A model generated the notes under the pieces. The model made no database searches, had not been told where the DNA came from, and saw only the letters and a program-made list of their open reading frames with translations. Below, in pieces: positions 39,846 to 47,912 of a stretch of DNA of 64,000 nucleotides (the first letter of the stretch is position 1; each line of letters starts with the position of its first letter). Made by a program: the position numbers and the translations under genes. The stretch covers positions 96,644-160,643 of the forward strand of contig JBAQYF010000031.1 in assembly GCA_049299895.1 (NCBI GenBank), given 5' to 3'. Origin of the DNA: Candidatus Altiarchaeia archaeon. Lineage in GTDB: Archaea > Altiarchaeota > Altiarchaeia > IMC4 > QMZM01.

Positions 39846-41117
39846 ATGCAAAGGAAAAAAGCAGTCTCTGGGTTGATAATACTTGGCATAATATTGAGCA
39901 TAGCAATGCTTTCATACAGCGTCAGCGCAGCTTCGAGTTCTAATGCCGGGCAACAGGGGATGTTTAAGAGCAGAAACCTCGGAGAAGCGGTCTATTATAT
40001 CAAAAGAACGGCGTACGCGTTCATGTCGCTCGATTACAGCAAAGAGGACATGAATTTTATCATAGCCAATTTCCGGGAGCTGATACTGCTTAATCCGGAG
40101 GCTTACAGCAGAGAAGTCCAGGATGGATTAAAATTCTTTCTGGGGATTATACAGCCCATGTACATATTATCCATAGCCGTTACCGCATTCTATCTTATAT
40201 TCATATCAGGCTCGCCGGGGGGTAGGTCCAAGGCAAAAACGTTCATGAAAGACCTGATTGTAGGGATGATAATAATATCTCTCTCTCCTATGCTGCTCCA
40301 GGGACTGATGAACCTGTCCGCGGAAATAACCAATGCCATCCTCGACCAGACCGATGTGTCAATAGTGACAAGAAACCTGGAGAGCACATTCGGGACCCCG
40401 GCAAAGAAGGGCATAACCGAGATCGGAATAGACGCATTGACAGGCCCGGTAATAGACCCGGCACTCATGGTCCTGACGGACGACACAAGTACCCTTGAGA
40501 ATCTGGGGAGCTATCTTCAATCTCATTCATGCACCCTGTGCATCATGCACTGGATGGTAACGTTCACGGAGATAGAATTAGGTTATTACACGTTTCTCCC
40601 GTTCCTGCTGGTAATATGGGGCATGGGAGTCTATTTTTTCCTGCGCTTCGCAATGATCACCCTGTTCATGATAATCTTCCCTCTGTCAGTGTTATTATAC
40701 TCCTTTGAAACAACCAAAGCAGTGGGAAGGAACATGCTGGAACAAACGATAATGTGGATATTCCTCCAGGTTTTCAGCGCAGTCATCGTTGTTTCCGTAG
40801 CACTCGCCCTGATACAGGCCAACCTGAGCCTGCTTACCCTACAGGGCATCCCGGAGGAGTGGGGCGCACTTATAGTAGAAGCGTTTTTGTTGCCTATTAC
40901 ATATCCTCTTGTAGCGGGAATTCCTTTGGATCCAGAGGCTATTATCACCCAGTTAACGAAGGTGGGGCCATTTGTCGGAATCCAGATCGGCGGAGGCATT
41001 AGTATCCCTAATATGCTTGCAACCCCCCTTATTGAATTCATACCCTTCGTCGGATGCTTCGTAATACTCGTTGCTCCTTTATTTATAATGAGGCTGTTCA
41101 AAGGATTCCTGCCCTGA
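39846..41117 (+). CDS. Paralogous polytopic membrane protein 2 of 5
   Basis: 'IQPMYILSIAVTAFYLIFISGSPGGRSKAKT' and 'FPLSVLLYSFETTKAVGRNMLEQTIMW'. Confidence 0.7.
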   Translation: MQRKKAVSGLIILGIILSIAMLSYSVSAASSSNAGQQGMFKSRNLGEAVYYIKRTAYAFMSLDYSKEDMNFIIANFRELILLNPEAYSREVQDGLKFFLGIIQPMYILSIAVTAFYLIFISGSPGGRSKAKTFMKDLIVGMIIISLSPMLLQGLMNLSAEITNAILDQTDVSIVTRNLESTFGTPAKKGITEIGIDALTGPVIDPALMVLTDDTSTLENLGSYLQSHSCTLCIMHWMVTFTEIELGYYTFLPFLLVIWGMGVYFFLRFAMITLFMIIFPLSVLLYSFETTKAVGRNMLEQTIMWIFLQVFSAVIVVSVALALIQANLSLLTLQGIPEEWGALIVEAFLLPITYPLVAGIPLDPEAIITQLTKVGPFVGIQIGGGISIPNMLATPLIEFIPFVGCFVILVAPLFIMRLFKGFLP

Positions 41118-41118
41118 G

Positions 41119-42774
41119 ATGAAAAATAAGACATTGATAATACTGGCGACAGCAATGCTGATGTTATTAGCGCTGGCTCCGCAGGGAGCAGCAAGACAGG
41201 GATGCTGCTCATCACATGGGGGGGTATGCCCGGATGTCTGCCCAAGCGGGGGCATAGGATACAAATGCTGCGACGGAAGCGCACTATCGGATACCTGTGC
41301 CCCATATTATCCGTGCAAGGCCGGTTCGGGAGAAACAAGCGAAAAAGAGACAGGACGACAGGGATGCTGCTCATCGCATTGGGGCGTATGCCCGGAGGTT
41401 TGCTCCGACGGCAAAACTATCGGATACAAATGCTGCGACGGAACCGCGCTGTCGGACAAATGTGCTCCCTATTATAAAGCCTGCGCACAAACAGCTTCCT
41501 CGGATGAGGATAAGTCAAAAAAGACCCCCGGAACAGACAAAGAGGACACCCCGGGAAAAAAGGCCCCGGGAGACTCGGGCACGGAAAAGCCCCCAGCAGA
41601 TAAGAGGCCTGCAGAGACCTCCCCGGGAGAAACGCCCAAATCAGAAAAAAAATCCCTGAAGGATCGCATATTCGGAACCGCGACCGAGATAGAAAAATAC
41701 GGAGAGGATTTGGAGGATAACAACCCGATTGCGCTAATGGCTAAAGGAGCTGCCGGAGCCACCGCAAAATATTTCGTAGTGGACGTTTTCATAAGGCTGT
41801 TCTTCCAGTACAACGTCGTATACCCCTGGATATTGAATTACGGAATGTCCTTCCCGAAAAACTACGAAGAAGCGATACTGGCCAATCCTTCTCTCATGGA
41901 TTCCTCCGCGAAAGGATTTAACCCGGAGATAACGAATGCCGTCGGATTTTCAATACGCCTGATGCTCCCATTCTATGTGATGGCAATAGTCCTCACCGCG
42001 GCGTACATGATATTCATCTCGGCCTCGCCCGAGGGAAGATCCAACGCAAAAAACCTCCTTAAAAGGTTATTAGTCTCCATGATATTCTTTTCGATGTCCC
42101 CCCTCATAATAGAAACGATGCTGGTAACCTCGCAGAGCATCTCTTCTGCGATCATGGGCCAGGCGGACCCGGCGAACGTAAGAACGGTCCTTGAAGGAGG
42201 GATGTGGGGTTCTTATATCATCTTCTGCAAGCTTGGGATAACCGACCTGGAAATAGCCATCCCTTACTGGACCGCCCTTTACGTCATGGCATGGCTCCCG
42301 TATATGGTGATAGGGATGAGACAGATAATGGTGACGCTCTTCTGCATGGTATTCCCCATAGGGATAGCCCTGTACTCATTCGTATTCCTGAGAGGCATCG
42401 GAAGAAAGATACTCGAACAGACCATTGTCTGGGTATACCTGCAGGCATTCCTGTCAGTGGCAATACTGGTCATCTCCCTTGGTTCAAGCTACTATTACCT
42501 GGTCCCGTCAGAGAATAATCCGAAGCTCACAAATTTTCCAATACCCGCAGTAATGGACCGAGGAATCCTCGCGCTATGGGAATGGCTCCCCGGAGTGAAC
42601 CAGGCCGCAAGCATGGACCCCACTACATTTATACCCGGGCTGCCTGCATCGTCCTGGACCCCTCCCCTGGGGATTACTTCAATCCTTGCATTTTCCATCG
42701 GTTCAATGGCCTACGCCCTGCTCATAGCAGTGCCTTTCATGATGCTCAGGCTGCTGGGCCATTTCCTCCCATAG
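41119..42774 (+). CDS. Paralogous polytopic membrane protein 3 of 5, with two N-terminal Cys-rich repeats
   Basis: Two ~50-aa repeats, 'QGCCSSHGGVCPDVCPSGGIGYKCCDGSALSDTCAPYY' and 'QGCCSSHWGVCPEVCSDGKTIGYKCCDGTALSDKCAPYY'. Then 'MLPFYVMAIVLTAAYMIFISASPEGRSNAKN' and 'FPIGIALYSFVFLRGIGRKILEQTIVW'. Confidence 0.7.
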   Translation: MKNKTLIILATAMLMLLALAPQGAARQGCCSSHGGVCPDVCPSGGIGYKCCDGSALSDTCAPYYPCKAGSGETSEKETGRQGCCSSHWGVCPEVCSDGKTIGYKCCDGTALSDKCAPYYKACAQTASSDEDKSKKTPGTDKEDTPGKKAPGDSGTEKPPADKRPAETSPGETPKSEKKSLKDRIFGTATEIEKYGEDLEDNNPIALMAKGAAGATAKYFVVDVFIRLFFQYNVVYPWILNYGMSFPKNYEEAILANPSLMDSSAKGFNPEITNAVGFSIRLMLPFYVMAIVLTAAYMIFISASPEGRSNAKNLLKRLLVSMIFFSMSPLIIETMLVTSQSISSAIMGQADPANVRTVLEGGMWGSYIIFCKLGITDLEIAIPYWTALYVMAWLPYMVIGMRQIMVTLFCMVFPIGIALYSFVFLRGIGRKILEQTIVWVYLQAFLSVAILVISLGSSYYYLVPSENNPKLTNFPIPAVMDRGILALWEWLPGVNQAASMDPTTFIPGLPASSWTPPLGITSILAFSIGSMAYALLIAVPFMMLRLLGHFLP

Positions 42775-42778
42775 AAAC

Positions 42779-43816
42779 ATGAAAAAAGAAAAGATCATAT
42801 CGGCTTTGATAATTGCCTTACTGTTCCTGCCGCTTATGGCATGCGCCGACGACGAGGACCCGACCAGAGCAGAGCCTTTAGCGAAGGTTATCGGCGGAGA
42901 ACTCGTAAAGATGTTGGCTAAATGGTGGATAGCTTACGCCGCCAAAGACCTTTTTGAGTTCCTTATCCGGATGACTGAACATCTGCGGGAATTTATCGTC
43001 GCCAATCCCCCGATGGAGGACATAAAAGGTGCGCAAGGCTTCTTTATCTCTCTGATGAGCCCGTTTTTCGTCCTGGGGATAGTGCTGACTTCGGCGTATC
43101 TCCTCTTGTACTCGGAGTCCCCGAGAGGCAGGTCCAAGGCAAAAGGGGTTCTTGTAAGGCTCATATATGCACTCATCCTCGTCTCTCTGTCCCCCTTGAT
43201 AATAGAGCTTCTTTTGACGTTATCCTCGGGCCTTGCCGGGAGTATAATCGATTACACCGACGTTGCTTTCGCAGGGACAATGTTATACGAGGGAGGCCGC
43301 CACATGTTCGACGTATTTTACTGGCTTACACTGTTACACCGTACCGGGGGGGTGGAACTGCTGCTCCTCTGGGAGACGTTCCTCTTAATCATGAACTTCG
43401 TGATAGCAATGAGGTATCTTCTCGTCATACTATGGAGCGTGTTGTTCCCGGTAAGCCTCCTCCTGTTCTCATTTACGCCCACTAAAAGAATAGGAAAAAA
43501 ATTCCTCCACCAGACCTTTTTGTGGACATTCGTGCAGGTCGGCTGGGCCATATCAATCCTCCTGATAAACGCATCGGTCAAAGGAATGGACGAGATCATG
43601 CCCGGGTATCCTGCAACAAAGATGGGACTAACATGCATATTCCTATTCCTCACTACCCCCAGGGTGATATGGGGACTGATGGACTGGCTCAGCCTGGGCG
43701 TAGAGGTCGTAGAGATAGTCAACGCGGCGCCGCTTTCAATGGGCGCACTGACGATGGACGAGATGAAGGTGGAAAGGGCAGTAATCGTAGAAGAACCGGC
43801 TCTGGAGGGGGTATAA
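42779..43816 (+). CDS. Paralogous polytopic membrane protein 4 of 5
   Basis: 'MSPFFVLGIVLTSAYLLLYSESPRGRSKAKG' and 'FPVSLLLFSFTPTKRIGKKFLHQTFLW'. Confidence 0.7.
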   Translation: MKKEKIISALIIALLFLPLMACADDEDPTRAEPLAKVIGGELVKMLAKWWIAYAAKDLFEFLIRMTEHLREFIVANPPMEDIKGAQGFFISLMSPFFVLGIVLTSAYLLLYSESPRGRSKAKGVLVRLIYALILVSLSPLIIELLLTLSSGLAGSIIDYTDVAFAGTMLYEGGRHMFDVFYWLTLLHRTGGVELLLLWETFLLIMNFVIAMRYLLVILWSVLFPVSLLLFSFTPTKRIGKKFLHQTFLWTFVQVGWAISILLINASVKGMDEIMPGYPATKMGLTCIFLFLTTPRVIWGLMDWLSLGVEVVEIVNAAPLSMGALTMDEMKVERAVIVEEPALEGV

Positions 43817-43819
43817 GAA

Positions 43820-44962
43820 ATGAAAAACATAAGCAGAAAAACACGCAAGAGAATAATAATACCCCTGGCGGCCATACTGGTCATAGGGTTAATGCTCAAC
43901 GCCAACGCATTTGGACCGCTGGTTTTCCTGGGCTACTTTGCCAAAGAATATTCTAAAGCCCTTCCAGGCGCCATATCAAAAGCCGCGGGGAATTGGGTTT
44001 CACTCACCATCCTGCGTTTGATTCTTGCGACTTTCATCTATTGGGGCGTCTTTTCCAGGTACGCAGACGTCTGCGACCACCTGCCGGAAGTCATCCTCAT
44101 GAACCCAAAAGTGATGATAGCAGACGCGGACGGCAACTACTACGGAAACCCCCCGGTGGAGAACCTCGTGAACGCATTCATCGGCATCGCGCAGCCGTTC
44201 TACGTGCTGGCGATAGTATCCGTCGCATTCTATCTATTATTCGTCTCAGGCTCTCCCCTGGGGAGGGCTAGAGCGAAAGCCAGCCTCATCCGGCTGGTCC
44301 TATCCATGGGACTGATAATCCTGACGATACCAATCATACAGCTATGCCTCGACATATCAGAGGTCTTGACCGGGAGCATCCTCGACATGGGGGATACGAC
44401 AACGGGCATAGCGGTCATGAAAGAAGCGATCTTCGGCCTGTGGGATAACTATTTTATGGCCATCCTCTTCAACTACTGGAACTCCGTTTATTTCCTGATG
44501 TTCTCGGGAGTGATGTTCTTTACGCCGTTCGTGATAGTAGGGCTGCGCTATTTTATGGTATTGTATTTTACGGCTCTATTCCCCCTGACAGTCCTCTGCT
44601 ATGCATTCTATTTCACGAGGAACATGGGAGGGCACATATTCAGGGAGACTTTCAGGTGGATATTCATACAACCCCTCTGGGCTCTGATACTCATAGCAGT
44701 ATCCGCCGCGACAATCTCCATGCCGCTTTTGAAAGACCCTACGGCCAGGATGGGCTTCGGCCTTGCGGCATTCATAGTCTTCATAATCGCGCCGCTCATA
44801 GTAGTCAAGGTCATGGACTGGCTGGCGATGCTCATGATAATACTGACGTCGATAGAGTTCCCGGGAATGCACGGCGTCGTGGGTATGATAGACGAATTGC
44901 AGGTTGAAGGCCCGGAAACCGAGGAGATAACTCCTCCTCCGCCTATCAGGCCTCATCCCTAA
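43820..44962 (+). CDS. Paralogous polytopic membrane protein 5 of 5
   Basis: 'AQPFYVLAIVSVAFYLLFVSGSPLGRARAKA' and 'FPLTVLCYAFYFTRNMGGHIFRETFRW'. Confidence 0.7.
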   Translation: MKNISRKTRKRIIIPLAAILVIGLMLNANAFGPLVFLGYFAKEYSKALPGAISKAAGNWVSLTILRLILATFIYWGVFSRYADVCDHLPEVILMNPKVMIADADGNYYGNPPVENLVNAFIGIAQPFYVLAIVSVAFYLLFVSGSPLGRARAKASLIRLVLSMGLIILTIPIIQLCLDISEVLTGSILDMGDTTTGIAVMKEAIFGLWDNYFMAILFNYWNSVYFLMFSGVMFFTPFVIVGLRYFMVLYFTALFPLTVLCYAFYFTRNMGGHIFRETFRWIFIQPLWALILIAVSAATISMPLLKDPTARMGFGLAAFIVFIIAPLIVVKVMDWLAMLMIILTSIEFPGMHGVVGMIDELQVEGPETEEITPPPPIRPHP

Positions 44963-45012
44963 AGTATAATATAGTATATATTCCAGAATATTGTATAATT
45001 ATGTAAAAAGCC

Positions 45013-46293
45013 ATGGCAGTAATACCCATACAGGAAGAATCCCAGGCCACGATAGAACAGAAAAGGGAGCAGGAGAAGATAATCAAAGTACAGGGCGGCT
45101 TTTCCCTGGAGCCCCAGACCATAGCAATAACCTTAGTCTCGCTGCTGATAGTGTTCTTCCTCTTCTTTTACACGGGCAACACACTAGACTTCCCCTATGG
45201 CGTGAGGATAGAAATCAGGGTCCTCATACCACTTCTCACGGTCGTCCTGATAGGCCTGATAATCAACAAATCCATCGTCAACTTCATGGAATACGAAAGA
45301 GGAGTCGTATTCAAATGGGGAAAATTCAACAGGATAGCAGGACCCGGCTGGGAAGTGATCTTCCCGCTGATGGAAAGATACATAAAAGCAGACCTGAGAC
45401 TGGAGGTAATAAGCCTCCCACCCCACGAAGTAGTCACAAAAGACAAGGTCCGATTCCTCGTATCCCCGGAGATATTCATGTACGTCTCCAACCCAAAAGA
45501 TGCTATCCTCAACGTCCAGAACTACAAAAAAGCAGTGATACAATACGTAACCAGCGCTCTTACCCACACCCTCGGGGACTCTACGTCGGACTACATAGTC
45601 GCGCACATGAACGAGATATCCGACATGCTCGGGCACGCAGTAGAGCACATAGCAAACACCCCCGGAAAAGAATGGGGCGTGGTCGTTCCCAGGGTGAAAC
45701 TCGCATACATAAGATTCCCGGACGAAGTGCAGTCCGCCATGCACAAAAAAGTAGCAAGCGAGCAGTTGAAACTTGCAGCCCATGAAAAGGCCGAAGCGAT
45801 AAAAACGGAAATAGACGCCATAAGAGAAGCAGGCGGAAAGCTCACCGACCCGGCGCTCACATACATGTACCTGGAATCGCTCGACAAAGTAGCCAAAGGA
45901 AAAGCAACAAAGATAGTACTGCCTCTCGAGATATCCAGAATGGCGGAAAGCATTACAAGGAGAACCAACGGCGCCATGGGAGGGGGCAGAGAAATGAATG
46001 TGCCGCCTGAAATGGTCCAGAGATACTCCGAGATGGTGGACAACTACGACAAAAGACTCAAAGACATAGAGGGCAGGTTAACCAGTTCAGAGGGAAAGGA
46101 AGACCGCAACCGCATGCTCAGAGAGGAATACAAGAAAAAACAGCTGGTAGACAAGACCATAAGAGAGGAAGCCGCACCAAAAGAGAAGCAGGCAGAAACG
46201 CCACGCGAAAAAACGGGCGCAAGCGACGACCGCGAATTGACCGAATACAAAGACAGGATCCGCGAGATAAAGAAAAGAGTGGGAATAGACTAA
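45013..46293 (+). CDS. SPFH/band-7 (stomatin/prohibitin-like) domain protein with C-terminal coiled coil
   Basis: N-terminal TM helix. 'RGVVFKWGKF...GPGWEVIFPLMERYIKADLRLEV...VKLAYIRFPDEVQSAMHKK' is the SPFH core. Confidence 0.8.
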   Translation: MAVIPIQEESQATIEQKREQEKIIKVQGGFSLEPQTIAITLVSLLIVFFLFFYTGNTLDFPYGVRIEIRVLIPLLTVVLIGLIINKSIVNFMEYERGVVFKWGKFNRIAGPGWEVIFPLMERYIKADLRLEVISLPPHEVVTKDKVRFLVSPEIFMYVSNPKDAILNVQNYKKAVIQYVTSALTHTLGDSTSDYIVAHMNEISDMLGHAVEHIANTPGKEWGVVVPRVKLAYIRFPDEVQSAMHKKVASEQLKLAAHEKAEAIKTEIDAIREAGGKLTDPALTYMYLESLDKVAKGKATKIVLPLEISRMAESITRRTNGAMGGGREMNVPPEMVQRYSEMVDNYDKRLKDIEGRLTSSEGKEDRNRMLREEYKKKQLVDKTIREEAAPKEKQAETPREKTGASDDRELTEYKDRIREIKKRVGID

Positions 46294-46296
46294 ACG

Positions 46297-46563
46297 ATGG
46301 AAAAACTGGACACAGACAACATATACGTAGACGAAGAAGAGAACTATGTAGCAATCAGAGTGAATACTAAGATATTCAAGATACATTCCATAATGAATGC
46401 CGCGGACGAATTCCTGGAGGAGTCCAACTTTATAGTGGACGGAGACCCTGAAAAGGACATAATAGTAAAATTCGTCCCTAAAAGACGATTCAACCGCCAG
46501 CAGCTCGCGGACCTCGCCCACAAGTTCTGCACCCTGCTCGTCACATTCAGTTCAACCAGGTGA
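46297..46563 (+). CDS. Hypothetical small protein (88 aa)
   Basis: An ORF starting 3 nt after the SPFH stop. No recognisable motifs. Confidence 0.35.
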   Translation: MEKLDTDNIYVDEEENYVAIRVNTKIFKIHSIMNAADEFLEESNFIVDGDPEKDIIVKFVPKRRFNRQQLADLAHKFCTLLVTFSSTR

Positions 46564-46573
46564 AAGAAAAAAA

Positions 46574-47188
46574 ATGTCTCTGCAAGAGGAACTAAAAAAA
46601 CTGGATTACAAAGGGATAGGAATACTTTTGATAATAGGCCTCGTCCTGGGAGTAATATACGGCGCCTTCTTTATCAATAATATCTTTTTCGGGATAGTCG
46701 CAATGGTAATAGCAGTCTTCGGAAGCTACTTTGTACTCTCGTCATTCTTCGAAGAAGATAAGCCGGAGAAGCTGGAACCAGGAGAGAAGATGATACTGCG
46801 CACCATGGACAGGGCGTACATACTGTTCCCGAAAAAAGGGGGTTTTCTTACCGCCCAGTCAGAAAGAGACCTTTCAGTATACCTGACGGACAGGAGGATT
46901 TTTGCGAAAAAATCGTCCGAGAAAGTCATATTTGAAAAGAACATAAGCGCGCTTTCCAGAGTCTCCACCGAAAAGAGAATGCTGACGAAATATCTGCGCC
47001 TAAGGTATTACTTGGAAGGAAAAGAAAAAGACGCGCTCCTCTTCGTCGGGGACACAGACATATGGATCAGGAGACTGGGCGAACTCGGAGTAAAAGAAAA
47101 AGACGCATACGAGTCGGACAAAGAGGAAGACAATAGTTTCGTGGAAGACGCAACCAGCCTGAAGAGCAAAGTAATGAAAAAGAAATAG
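46574..47188 (+). CDS. Membrane protein with bacterial-PH-like (YdbS/YdbT-type) domain
   Basis: Two N-terminal TM helices. The 'GEKMILRTMDRAYILFPKKGGFLT...LYLTDRRIF' pattern resembles bPH_2 domains. Confidence 0.4.
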   Translation: MSLQEELKKLDYKGIGILLIIGLVLGVIYGAFFINNIFFGIVAMVIAVFGSYFVLSSFFEEDKPEKLEPGEKMILRTMDRAYILFPKKGGFLTAQSERDLSVYLTDRRIFAKKSSEKVIFEKNISALSRVSTEKRMLTKYLRLRYYLEGKEKDALLFVGDTDIWIRRLGELGVKEKDAYESDKEEDNSFVEDATSLKSKVMKKK

Positions 47189-47197
47189 CAGACAGAC

Positions 47198-47884
47198 ATG
47201 AAAATAAAAAAATCCCGCCCAGACAGACGAATAATGCTCGCATTGATAATACTGATTACCGCATGCTGCCACACAGCCGCCGCCCAATCCGCAACGAGCA
47301 CAACCACGACTACACCCTCATCAGGAGGCTCAGACCTTGAACAATCAGGCTTTACAAAGGCGACCTGCACGTGCAAATGCAACGAAAAGAACATAAGCGC
47401 CGTAGGCATACTGAAGGCGGGAGCGTGGGAGAAGATTATATCCGTTGAACAGAACACCGCAGCAGGCAAATGCCAGGAGCAATGCGCGAAAACGTGCGGC
47501 GGAAGGACTACCTGCGCCAACCAGTCTGATTCGGATTGCAGCACATGCTGCGATACGTTCTGCACGAGCAGCTACAGCGGAGAAGCCGGAACAAGCACGG
47601 CAGCAGGCAAAACGCCGACCGATTTATGCAAAACATCATGCAAGAGCACGTGCAAATTCAAGGGAACCATAAACGGCATAACCGGCATAATATACATGAT
47701 AGCAGGGATGCTGGGCGCGCTCATGATAGCAATTCACGGGATAAGGATGGTAACGTCCCAGGACCCCCACGACAGGGACGCTGCAAAAAGCAGCATACTC
47801 CATGTGATAATAGCGTTGATCATAATTGCGATGGCTTCGGCGCTGGTCAACATGTTCATAACCATGGGGGGCTTGGAGATATAA
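47198..47884 (+). CDS. Small secreted Cys-rich protein with C-terminal helix-loop-helix membrane hairpin (pilin-like topology)
   Basis: Signal peptide, a Thr-rich linker 'ATSTTTTTPSSGG', ~20 Cys in ~100 aa, then two hydrophobic helices separated by 'HGIRMVTSQDPHDRDAAKSS'. Confidence 0.55.
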   Translation: MKIKKSRPDRRIMLALIILITACCHTAAAQSATSTTTTTPSSGGSDLEQSGFTKATCTCKCNEKNISAVGILKAGAWEKIISVEQNTAAGKCQEQCAKTCGGRTTCANQSDSDCSTCCDTFCTSSYSGEAGTSTAAGKTPTDLCKTSCKSTCKFKGTINGITGIIYMIAGMLGALMIAIHGIRMVTSQDPHDRDAAKSSILHVIIALIIIAMASALVNMFITMGGLEI

Positions 47885-47912
47885 CCAGTCAGATAATAAA
47901 TAAAAAGAGGCA

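Noticed and set aside
38479-44962. Assigning the five paralogs to VirB6/TrbL, and the locus to a conjugative T4SS
   Set aside because: There is no VirB4/VirD4 ATPase, relaxase or other T4SS marker in the window, and I cannot recall a matching family motif. I have left the family as unknown and stated this only as a hypothesis to test.
44991-45785. 264-aa ORF in an alternative frame overlapping the SPFH gene
   Set aside because: Its translation is Arg/His/Pro-rich with no motifs. The SPFH frame (45013-46293) has clear family signatures.
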